A DNA stretch of 64,000 nucleotides from Vitrella brassicaformis CCMP3155 (Eukaryota; Protista; Chromerida): contig CDMY01000748.1 in NCBI GenBank assembly GCA_001179505.1, forward strand, positions 186,001 through 250,000, in the 5' to 3' direction. The notes under the pieces were generated by a model. It saw only the letters and a list, made by a program, of their open reading frames with translations, did no database searches and had not been told where the DNA came from. Numbering within the stretch: position 1 is the stretch's first letter; every line of letters starts with the position of its first letter. Position numbers and translations under genes: made by a program. This document shows positions 48,244-60,021 of this stretch, piece after piece.

Positions 48244-49494
48244 ATGAACGGCCTCATGCTCGCCCCCTACCCCCTCCCGCAGCGCTACACCATACCCAAG
48301 GATGTCTGCGGTATCTGCCGCTGCTCCCTCGCCCTCACCAGCGACTTGGCAAGACTCAAATGCGGCCATCTTCACTGCTGGCAGGTGGGCGAGACCGCTC
48401 GGGGAAGGGCTGTCTGCCTGGCTGATGAATACACGTGTGTCTGTCTTGTCGCTGTGTTGTTCTCGGAAGTGCGTCAAGGGGCTCCCGGGCTGTGCCGATG
48501 CCGACAGTTCCGCTGACAAGGGGATGGAGGACTACGGGCCGCTCTCATGCCCGACATGCCACAAGGTGACGCTCATATGAATGAACGCATGAACACACCT
48601 GCCCGTCAATGGTTGCCTGTCTGTCTGTCTGTCTGCCTTTTGTTGTCAGGGGTCGGAGCTCGTCGAGCGCATCCGCAAGCCCTCGGCCTCCTTGGTGCCC
48701 GACGTGTGTGGCGGGCCCTTCCGTGATGTGACCGTCACGGAGGCCGAAGGCACAGTCGCCGTGTGGAAGGCCAGCTACTACCTCCCCTTCTGTGTCAACC
48801 AAGAGGTGGTTGTCGGCTGGGGCGATCTCAACTTCGTCAACTGGAAGCTCGAGACGGCCCACATCGTGGCGAAGCTCACCCGCGACACGCTGGCTGTGAC
48901 CTGCAAGCGCCTCGCCGCCAGCCACAAGACGGCTGACGCCATTTTCGAGGCTTTGCGGTGGGATGCAGAGGCGGAGGCCTTCCGTGCTGGGCTGCGTGTC
49001 AAGGACGCCCTGGCGTCGGCGTGCCAAGACCAGATCAGGCGACTCGCGGGCAGAAAGCACAAGAAGAGGTAAGTCGTTCAGTCTGTCTGTCGCGGAGCTA
49101 GTGTGTGTGTCACTATCTATGGGTGTGTGTCAGGTCTGGTGCGTCGTTTGGCGAGGGGAGTTGTGTGTGGGTGTGTGGTGTGGTGGGCCGGCCGGAGTAT
49201 AACGGCCTTGAGGGCAAGGTGACCGCCATTCTGCCGCCCAACACACCGGACAACAAGAGTGACGTCACGCGGTGAGAGGGTGCACGCCTGACAGAAGACA
49301 CACATGGCAGGAAGGGATGGCAGAACTATGCACTCATGTCTGTTGTATGTGTGTTTAGGTATCATGTGTGTCTGTCATTGTGCGGCCAGTTGGTGTCTTT
49401 GCGTGCCGACAATCTTCGCGGCTCTGACACCCCTATGACGGACGCGAAGCTGATGGCCCACTGCTTCCGCACAATGAGCCTCGGCAAGAAGTGA
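48244..49494 (+). CDS. RING finger protein with C-terminal SH3/KOW-like motif
   Basis: CGIC...CGHLHCWQ|...CPTC; the last exons splice to GSCVWVCGVVGRPEYNGLEGKV...R|YHVCL..GQLVSLRADNL...KK*. Confidence 0.65.
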
Positions 49495-50373
49495 ACGGGT
49501 GGGTGACCCTATCGACCGACTTCTAACGAGTTGGACTGGGGTGCTCTCCTGTGCGGCGTGTCGAATCATTCAAGAGCACTGAATCAGGGGTGGGGGGTAT
49601 GACATGCAGGGAAGTGGTTTTTCTGTGTTCCCTGAATCTCGAATGTGTCCAATAACCTTCATTCACATGCCTAGTAGGACCAATTGCTGTCTGTGTCGTT
49701 TTTGCCATGCCCTGCTGCCGTGCCGTCGGGGTGCTTTATTCACATGGTGCTGCTGACATGACAAGTGCTCATGCGTCATGCCACTTGCTCCGACTGACGT
49801 GCGTCATGTGTACTGTGCATACCTTGGAAGGGACCTATATATAATTCCGCCAGGTACACATGTGATGTGCGAGAAGTGAGAGAGGGACTCAATCTTGGGG
49901 CTTTGTCTGTCTGTGCCATGGATGAAGGCAATTGGATTGAAAATGTCATTAACATTGTCGGCGAGAGTGTCATGAGCCTTCCACGCACGTGTACATCCAT
50001 GAGAGCACTGTCCATCCATCCACTCATGGGCACCTCCATCAATCCATCCATCCATGGTACACCTGACGAGCCCATCGGGCATCACACATGCACCGCCAGA
50101 AAAACAGGCACTTTCGGACAGATACGGCAGCCATCCCGTCACAGATAACACACAGAGAGAGAGGGAGAGACAGAGAGACTCGCATCCATCCGTCCATCCA
50201 TCCAGCCCATTGAGCAGCAATGCGTTGCAAACCGTTGTGTTGTGTCTCTTTTAGTATCTCTGTCTGGTGTTTGTCTGTTGCACCTCTGGGAAGTGTGATC
50301 ACCCGTGCCAGAATATCCCTCATGCATACGTGCGCATCCATTCATCCCTCCCTTGCTGTGTCTTGCGGATTGA

Positions 50374-50755
50374 TCAGATGAGAGGTCGGGGGCTCTTGTC
50401 GTTGTTGTCGATGCCGTTGCCATCCGCCGGCTTGATGAGTGCCAGCAGGTTGGCCGCCATCCTGCGACGCCACTGCTCCCGAAGCACGAAGGCCGGCATC
50501 GGCACGTTCTCCCTGCATGCGCACATCATTGCAAATGACATTGTCCGCTCCGTCTCTCTCCTCAGTTGCGTACGGGTGCGGCGAGCGCTTAAATTCTGGG
50601 CGGTACCAGCGCTTCGGGCGGCGCTCGTCGGGTATCGGGGGCTCGCCATAATCCATCACGTTGACGTTGAATGGCTCCCGGGCCTCCTCGTCGTTGAGGA
50701 GGCGGACGCCGGGAACCCACAGGGCCAGGCGGCTGCCGACCACACGAGTCGACAT
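50374..50755 (-). CDS. Small hypothetical protein (2 exons)
   Basis: MSTRVVGSRLALWVPGVRLL...KRSPH-P|ENVPMPAFVLREQWRRRM...PLI*, joined by CC|GTACGC...ATGCAG|G. No recognised domain. Confidence 0.4.
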
Positions 50756-50921
50756 GCGAACGATGCTGTGCGAGTTGATTTGCAATGAGATGGCTTTCTG
50801 AAAGTAATTGAGTCCGAAGTTGGTGGGGCTGGGGGCTGGGGTTTCAAACCCTCCAGGGCAGCTCGCCCGTCAAACTGAGGGGCGATGAGCAGATGGATTG
50901 AAGGAGGCTTTTGAGGCGAGA

Positions 50922-51744
50922 ATGCGGCGTAGATCGCGCTCCCGCGGTCGTCGGGACGCCTCTTTTCCTCCTCGTCATGACACCGGCGACAGTGACGCCT
51001 TGGAGGTTGCTGATGTGAGAGGACGGCAGCTGCGTGCCCTCAAGCATCGCAAGAAGCCCTCTGGCGACGCTGAGGGAGCCGATGGCGAGAAACAGGCAAA
51101 GGGCGGCGAGAGGGAGGGTAGCATCAAGGGCGGCAAGGGCGACAGTGTCGGAGACGACGGGCAGGGAGGGGGCGAGGGAGAACTCTGCAGTGTCTGCCAG
51201 GTGGGCGAGGAAGCTGGAGACACGATGAGGCGCACACACGTCGGGTGCAGTGAAAGATCATGCGCTGCATCAATGGCTGTGTGTCGTGGTGTCTGTCATG
51301 TGTGTCGACATCGTGTTGCAGCAAACACTTAGCGTGTGTGACGTGGGGAGTTTGGCGTGTGCGCATTCCTTCTGCTACCGGTGCATCCTCTCGTGGGCGC
51401 GTCGCGGCACCACCCAGTGCCCCGTCTGCCGCGCCACATTCGACAAGATCATCCGACACACACGCAACATGCACAAGATGCAGCTGCGACCCCGACAGGC
51501 ACCGGCACCCGCATCTGCATCTGCAGCGGCTTCGACGTCCGCATCGGCCAGTGCGGCCAGTGCCAGCGTGGCTGCGAGTGCGGCTGCGAGTGGGGGTGGA
51601 GGGCAGCAACAGCAGCAGTCATCGGAGTGGGTGGAGCAGGTCGTGTGTGTGGCTCAGCGGCTGCCGGCGCCGCCCCCCCTGCCCAACCCCATGCTGATGG
51701 GCTTCATCGAGGCCCTCAACCAGCAGGCCCTCAACCAGCACTAA
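50922..51744 (+). CDS. C3HC4 RING finger protein
   Basis: LCSVCQ|QTL...LACAHSFCYRCILSW...QCPVCRATF across a phase-0 intron (cag|gtgggc...ttgcag|caa). Confidence 0.8.
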
Positions 51745-52875
51745 CTCACTCACTCTCTAGAAAACGGGGACGGAGGGAGAGGGGAGAGAGAGGGGAGAGA
51801 GGTAGCGGCGTGCGTGTCATGGTGTGTATGTATGTATTGCATAAGTTTGCCCTCTGGACTTGCCTGCCTACCTGGATGGATGGATGGATGGATATCAGCG
51901 AGAAATGGTTATGCGAAGCGGCGTTTGCTTTGTTTGCCTTCGGTCCTGTCTTGTCATGGTCGTACGCATTTCGCACTGACCATCCTCGGTTGGTGTGAGA
52001 GACGTGCGGGCGCGACAAGAAGGAACGGCGGCAGACACAACCACGCCTCGGCTCGTCAGACAGACAGACAGCAGCAGTACTTACTGATTGGCATGGCAAT
52101 CACACGTACCGCACGATCGCCAGAAGTTTTGTCCTGCATAATACAGTACGGAGAGGAGCCCGGACGCTTTGAAATGATATGGTCTGTCTCTCTCTCTTTC
52201 GGGGTACTCGAGGGGGTGTTTTTGCAATGCATCTGGGTGGGATGGATGGATGGACGGTATGTCTGCAGAGAGAGGGGTATCCAGGTTGCATCGCTTTGTA
52301 CCGAATTGTGCACTCCTTCCTTCCCTTGGTCAAACCGGCTGGCTGGCTGACTGTTTGGCTGATGTGATTGATGTACATACGAAGAATGAAATGCGTGGGC
52401 CTGACTGACTGACTGAGTGGATGGATGGATGCATGGATGGATGGATGGAGGGTTGTCTGCGCGCCTGCCTGCCTGCCTGCCTGAGTTGCAATGACAAGAG
52501 ACGAGGTTGGTTTGAATGTTCCAGTTCGCCGAGTGTCTCTCTTTCTTCGGTCTCCTTGATCGTATTTCCATGTCCTCCTCTGACTGTGGCCTCAGCACTC
52601 TACACAGATGTGCTGGAGACCCAGTTTGAGAAGGCGATGCGCTGATACGTCGAGGAGGCTGGAGAGGAACAGTCGTGCGTGTGTGTGTGGACCGACACTA
52701 GCTCTCGATGAGACGCTGTCGATTGTGTGTTCGCTTATTGCATCTTTGACTGCTCATGCCACGCGCATTCACTGCCCATCAACTGAGGGTCTATACACAC
52801 AGACCAGCGAGCGCCACGAACGATGCCCCGCGCAACACAGCACATGACATGCGTCAACCCCCTAGCTAGCCTGCC

Positions 52876-55800
52876 TCATGTTGCACCACCCTGACTGTGC
52901 TTCGCCTCCCCCTTGCCAACACGCACACACAGCCACTCCGAGTCGGGCTTCCTCCGGTCCTCCACCATCGCAAACACACTCCCCCCATCAGCCAGTGCCT
53001 TGCCAAGCTTGGCCTGCAGGTCCCGCAGCTGGATGATGAACTTGGCCTCAGTGCAGTTGAGGAGATCCCGCAGCCTGAACCGCAGCAGCTCGGTGGATTG
53101 CCGTGGGGTGGAGGGTGCTCTGTGTTGCATCGTCTCGGCGAGTTGCGAGAGCCGTGCCAGCACCGACCGCTCCCAAGCTGGATCGCATAGAAGCTTGGGA
53201 TAGTGCAATACCTGATGACACACCCACCCACACCCACCCACCCACACACAGAGAGAGAGAGAGAGAGAGCGAGAGAGACAATGACCGTGTGTGTCTTCTG
53301 GGGTCAGGTGTGCTCACCTGTGTGGGCACGAGTAGGGTGGTCCTGAGCGTCTCCCTCAGGAAGCGCAGCCGATCGACGGCCGTCCGGCTGGGCAGCGTGA
53401 ACACCTCTGGCGCCTGACAGACAGACATGAATACATAGTCGCATCCATCAACCAACAAAAATGCCGTGTGCTGGTGTGGTATGGTGTGGTGTGGTGCCCC
53501 TGACCGTTTGTCTGAGTCTGTCGAGGTCGGCCCGTTTGAAGCCGAAACGAAGCAGCAGGCTCTCGTCGAGCAATGGCGGTGTCGGTGAGGATGAGTCATC
53601 AGTCGCTGAGACAGACGGCACAGCGTCACTCTCATCAGTCGCCTCCTGCCGATCTGCCGGCTCCTGCTGCAATGGGGCCTCGCGCGTGTCAACACTCTCT
53701 TGCGCCGCCGCTGCTGGTGCTGGTGCTGGTGGTGGGGGAGGTGGTGGTTGCCGTGGTACAGCTGTGCTCCTCTTGAACGCTTCAAACCTCCTCATAGTCG
53801 ACTTCGCCACCCCCTCGACAAAGGCGCTGTCAGTGCCGCCCACCAAGTCCATCAAAGGGATGTCACTCACGGGCGGCGGGGGCGGGGGCGACCCCTCGTT
53901 GGCATGCGTGTGCCTGAGGTGGTGGATGAAGGCCGCGCGGGGCAGCAGCCGCTGAGCGGGGTCCATCAGCAGCACTGCGGGGTAGGACAGCAGCTCGCTG
54001 AAGTCGGTGCGGGCCAGGCCGTCGGGTGACGTGTAGAAGGACAGGAATGACGCGACCTACACCAAGCGCGCGCAAAGACCTTGCTTGGTGTCTTGTCTCG
54101 GCCTGTCTCGTCTGCCCAGTTAGTGACCTCGTGTGGTTTCTTGAGGCTTTTAATCCGCGTCTGCTGCAGCAGCTGCTCCGCTATCTCGGCAGGCACCCCT
54201 GCACACGACGAATAGAGGGAGGCTCATGCTCAACTGGGGCGGGGCCCACCTACCCTACCTGCTTGTGTGAATGCCTCCTGCACACTTTCTAGCCCACGCG
54301 GCAGCGGCAGCAGCGGGGCGGCCGAGGAGTCAGTCTGCGCCACCACCTGCTGCACGATGTGTGCCGACCGCCGCTCCTCTGCTGCAGGCGGAATGGCGTC
54401 ATCCGGCCGCGAACGCACCAGCGGGTATGGCAGCTCTGCACACACACAGAGTCATCATTCACGCGCTCATCGACCGGACAGCCCTCTCACCTTGGCTGTC
54501 ATCGTCTCCGTGTGCAGATGAGGCGTCGTCAATGTCTGCCTCTGTCTCGCCCTCGCCGGAAGATGGCGTGGGTGCGGGTGTGGGCGGTGCCGATTGGACT
54601 CTCTTGTCGAAGTCGGTCCGCAGCTGCTGAATGACGGCGATGAGTCCGTCCAAGTTGAGCTGGCCGTCGGGGAGGATCATCGACTCACGGCCGGCGGCGG
54701 TGGCCTTGGCTTTGCCTCGGTTGCTGATACCCAAAGCCTACACTCACACACACATCCATCCATCCATGTGTGTGTGTGTTCGTCACTCTTACCTTTCTGA
54801 TGTCTTTGTAGAGCTCTTTCTTGTACTCGAGGATGTAATTCACCGGCACGCCCAGAATCTGGTGGCAGAAGATGCTGTCCGTCTGACAAACAACGGAAAC
54901 CACACAAGACACACACACACACACACACACAGCTGAGTGAGGGGAGGGAGGGAGGTCGGTGCTCTCTCGCCCCCGCACCCTACCCCACCCCGCCCCACCC
55001 ACCGTGCCGAAGACGTGCTCGTAGTCATGCCGCTGCAGCTCGACGCCATACAGCCTGATTGATTGGTGACGCACACACACAGCTGGGTCGGATCTTGTGC
55101 CAGTGGCGCAGCGCACCTGGCCATCTCGACACGCGGCACAAGAACGTTGATCATGTCCAGAGAGAAGAACCTGACACACAACACAACACAACACAACGCA
55201 ACACAACACAACACACTCGCGGCAGCCATTGCTCTGAATCCATCGCATTGCTCACCTTGGTGCTTCCAGCAGCTTGTACAGGCTCTGAATGGGCTGCCCC
55301 ATGCCGCCAAGGTGGAGGAAATAGAGCACTCGCGCACGGACGGTGCTGCTGTCCGACGCACACAGCTGCAGACAGACAGACAGACAGACAGACAGACAGG
55401 AGGGATGAATGTGTTGTGTTGTGTTGTGTGTCTGGAGCACTCACAGTCCCTACCGAGGGCGACATGGCCTTCAGCCGCTCAATGAACTGAGGCGGGGCCC
55501 CGACCTTACAGAACGAGCCAAGACCCAAACCAAAACACCAACACGCCCATCCATCCATCCATCCTTGCTGTGTGCGTGTGTGTAATGGCTGGGCTGGCTC
55601 ACCTCCTTGCTGTGCAGGAACTCCTCAACCGTCACGCCCTTGCCCTGCACGAAGCCGCCATCAGCACCAGACGCACTCGGCTCGCCCACATCAGCAGCAG
55701 CAGCAGCAGCAGCAGCGGCATCTATCTTCGGCACGTGCCCTACAAGAGGCGGCCCGCCACCCAGGCCGGGTGCTGGCGGTGCCTTCTGCCCATCTGTGTG

Positions 55801-56807
55801 GCCCGTTGGTGTTTCTCCCGCTGTGGCTGCTGTGGGTAAGGGAATGGGGGGCTCTTCCTCCACCTGAACACGGCAGAGAGAGAGAGAGAGAGAGGGAGGG
55901 AGAGGGAGAAAATGTGTGTGACAGGTCTGGTGAGTGTGGGTGGATGGGTGAGCGTCGGTGGCTGGGCTACTTACTTGTATGAGGTAGGTGAAGTCTTCTG
56001 TGGGAACGCCATCCTCCTGAAGCGACGTCACCCTCTCAGCAACCTCATCAACAGACAAGTACATCACACCTACACACACAAACATATACACACACACATA
56101 ACACACACACACACCTGCGTCAATACCCATCTATCTCTACCTGGGTTCTCCATGAGTGTCTGTTTCATCTGGTCGTCGGTCATGCCGCCCACAGTGGTCA
56201 GGTAGTGCACCACCTTGGGCGCCTCGGACACCCGGACACGGTCACTCAACACCGCGCTTCCTGTTGTAATATATGGCGGGCAGATACACACAGACACACA
56301 CAGAGGAAAACGATTGAGCGCATGCCGGTCGTGCGCTGGTTGGTAGCTTGTTCGCCCACCACACCGTGTTGTGAAAGCAGGTCTTCACACTCGGCGTGCG
56401 ACAGACCTAACAGACACACAGACAGACAGACAGACCACACAGGAGGAGAAACCATCAATCAACGCATTCATTTCATCTTGTCAGTCAGTGTGTAGTAGGG
56501 GTGTCTGTCCTCACTGACCGAATCTCCGCAGCAAGGCCAGCCTCTCCAGTATCCTTTCCGTAGTGTAGCACTCATCGCCACCCCCATCTGCAGATGCTCC
56601 CACACACTTTGACGCTGCCGCCCTCGCGTCACCGGCGAACCGGACGTCGCTGCGCACAGCCTGACGGCCAGATCTCTGCGCGCTAAGTGACGGCACCCAT
56701 CTCTGCAGCACTCTGCTCCAGGCGCGAGGCTGATCTGCCTGAAGCCGAAGCAGCGCGGACTTCATTGCCGGGTGCTGGAAACGGCTCAGGTGGACGTCTG
56801 CAGTCAC
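52876..56807 (-). CDS. mTERF-like organellar nucleic-acid-binding repeat protein
   Basis: Repeats resembling mTERF motifs: KVVHYLTTVGGMTDDQMKQTLMENP, VRARVLYFLHLGG...LYKLLEAP, FSLDMINVLVPRVE, DSIFCHQILG, ELLSYPAVLLMDPAQRLLPRAAFI, AVDRLRFLRETL, VLHYPKLL. The N-terminus is basic. Confidence 0.6.
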
Positions 56808-57187
56808 GTGGAGGCCTCCATCTTCGGGAGAGAATGGGAAAAGAGATCCGGGAGATCACTTCAAGCTCGCAGTGTTTTTCTGGCAAAGTCGAGTCGAGGC
56901 GTGGTCTCTCCTCCTTTGCCCGGCGCATCGGATTCTTGTTTTCTCGCTCCCTTCAACCGCCCGCCTGTCTCGCTTTCGTCTTCTCTGAACCGAAGCGGGC
57001 ACCCAACAGAAAGATCCGCCCTCGCTGCGTGCCCGCCCCTTCTGCCACACCCAAACCCACCACCGGCACAAGCAACAAGCTCAAGCCAGCCGGTTCGTTC
57101 CTCCATCCCTCTCCCTCTCTCTGTGCCATCCGCCCTTCAGTGACACCCGCACCGGTCCATCCACACAAACATCGCTGCATCAGCATC

Positions 57188-58503
57188 ATGGCGATGAGCG
57201 GCGGCCGTCAACAGAACCCTTTTGAGCTGCTGCAGGAGGAGCGCAAGATCATGCGGCAGAAGCAGAAGGCGCAGAAGCGCAAGGAGGAGGAGGAGAGGCG
57301 GCGGCAGCAGCTGGCCGAGAACGCCAAGAAGCCCTACGTCAGGGAGGCGGGCAAGAGCTGGGCGGACGTCAGCGACGACGACGACGACTTCTTTGACGGC
57401 GGTGGGAGAGGCGGTGGGCAGAGGGACGCATTCCACTCGCCCAAACACGGTGGGTAGCTACGGTCAGCCGCCCATTCACCCAACCAGCACTCCACACCAC
57501 CTGACCTCACCCCAGAGGCGACTGTATATGTGTGTGTGTGCAGGTGGTGGCAGGCCGGCTGCTGCCAAGGACGACGACCTGAGTGAGGAGGAGGACGAAG
57601 TGGACAACGATGACGAGTCGGATGAGGAGGCGCATGGCGAGGGAGGGTCGGTGGAGGCCTCCCCCGCACAGGCGCCCACCTCGCCGCCCGTCGCACCTAT
57701 GCCGTCGCCGCCAAAGACACAAGATGCACACGGTGAGAGAAGGGACAGGCAATGACACTGACGGAGTGCCTTTCTTTCATCCGCTGTAACTGTGTGTGTG
57801 GTCAGTGTCTGCGGGTGCGGTTGACGTGAGGAATTTGAGCAAGAAGGAGAGGCAGGAGCTCAAGAAGAAGGAGCTCGAGGAGCTGGACGCGCTACTCGCC
57901 GACATGGGACGTAAGCAAGCAGTCCACACACTTACCCACACACACACACGCATCGCCTTCACATCTGTATGGATGGATGTCCCTCTCCCTCTCCCTCCCT
58001 CTCCGTGTGTGTCAGTCAAGACGGCCGAAGAGCCCTCCCCCACGGCAGCAGACGAAGCGCAGCAGCAGCAGCCGTCCGCACCGGCCAACGGCCACACGCA
58101 GGACGCCTCCACCGCTGCCGACCAGGAGCCACCCGCTGCAGGGGTCGCAGCGGCCGACAAGAAGAAGAAAAAGAAAAAGAAGAAAGACAAAGAGGCCGAG
58201 GAGGGAGCCGACGCCGCAACAGCCCACAACGGGCACCCCTCCGTCGCAGAGAACGGGCAGGAGCCGCCGGCCACCACTGAGACCCAGCAGCAGCAGCAGC
58301 AGCAGGAGGCAGCTGAGGAGGGGGGTGCCACCGAGGGTGCTGCCGTCGACAAGGAGAAGGCGCTGGAGGCGCTCAAGCATCGGCTGGCGGCCGGCAAGAA
58401 AAAGGGTGGCGGCAAGGGCGTACAGAGTGCAGTGCTGGAGGAGGTCAAGAAGCGCAAGGAGGGCAAGAAGGAGAAGAAGGACAAGACATTCTTCGACCGA
58501 TAG
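57188..58503 (+). CDS. Charged low-complexity protein resembling a conserved uncharacterised eukaryotic family
   Basis: KSWADVSDDDDDFF and LSKKERQELKKKELEELDALLADMG motifs, K/E-rich tail, 4 exons. Confidence 0.65.
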
Positions 58504-60021
58504 ATAGACACATAGATACATAGCAGAGATGGACAGACGACACACGCACACACACATACTGACTGCAGACTGGGCCGGGGAGGGATGGAGGGAGGGCGGG
58601 GAGGGAGGGAGAGAGAGAGAGGAGGGATTGTATGTGGGATGGTGTTTTCAATTGCGGGCTGTCAGCTCAATGGATCGCGCGTACGTTGTGCGCGGCGTGT
58701 GGGTGGGCGGGTGGGTGGGTTGGATGTTGTTTCGACCGAGAGAGTGACTGAGAGAGTGGCTAACCTGACCGGGGGGCTGGTGGGGTGGGTGGGGAGTGTG
58801 CGCGTACCGTACCCTCTTTGTAGCTCTCCCTCTCCCCCCCCCCTCTCTCTCTCTCTCTCCCTGTGTGTCCGTGGGTGTGACTGTGTGAGTGTGTGGCTGG
58901 CTGGCTGGCGGTGAGGCTGCGCCCATTTGTATTGTATTGTGTGCGCTGCGCATGGCATGGCTGTCATCCATCCCGGCTGGCTGACTCACACGAGAGGGAC
59001 TCGCATCCCAGTGCCCCTGTTTTCAAGGGCGCGGCTTGGGGGGTCTCATCTCCCTGTCTGCCGGTCGCGGGGAGCGTCTGCCTGTTGAGCGCCATACCTA
59101 CGACACACAGACTCTGTGCCGGTGTTGGCTCATCAACAGCTCAGCTCCGGGACCTTTGCTGGGCGATGGTTGTCAGGTCAGCGGGGTGGAGTTGTTGCCG
59201 TGCCGCAACGGCCCTCATGGATTTTTCGACACACACACGCGTAGCGCAGCGTATGGAGCAGCAGACATCGTGACCATCACCTCACCCAGGGAGTGAAGTG
59301 CTGCTCTTCCCTTCTCTGTTTCTTTCTGTCTGTCTGTCTGTCTGTCTGTCTGACACTGTCTACGTGAGGGGTGGTGCGGTGCATTGATTGCATGGCAGGG
59401 AAAGGGAGGGGCGGGGCGCCCTGCAGATCCCAGGGCAGTCAGTCCACCGAGGGCTTCTGTCTATCTGTCTGTCTGTCTGTCTGTATGGTTAACTAGCTAA
59501 TTCACTTGGCTGGGGGGGGAACAAGAGGGAAGCGGTGCGTGGCGTGGTATGGTGGCTGTGGTGGCTTGGCTGGCGAGAGGTTTAAAGTCTCAATCAATAA
59601 ATGCCGCGATGGGTAGCTGGCCCGGCCCATGAGCCCGCGCTCTTTTTTGGACCGGCCGGACTCGAGCATGCGTGTGTGCACCTGCCTGCCTGTTCGTGTG
59701 GGCTTTGTATGCCCCGCCCCATGTGTGTGTGAGTGGTATGCAGAGCAGTGGCTTGGCTAACTCGTTGGGTGCAGTCAGTGAGGTAGGTGACCGAGGGAGG
59801 GGTGCCTCCCTCGGCTCGGCGCGTGTGTGCGCTTGTCGGCCGGCTCTCGACTGACTGGATCAAGTGTGCGCGTGTGTGTGTATGTAAGTCTCTTCGTGTC
59901 TTATTGCATGAGCATGACTGAAATCAATCAGTTGATTCGAGAATCTCACACAAAAATCAAACAAGTCTCCCACCCACACCACAAGACCTTTCTCCCTCCC
60001 TCTGCTCTCTCTCCCTCCCTC

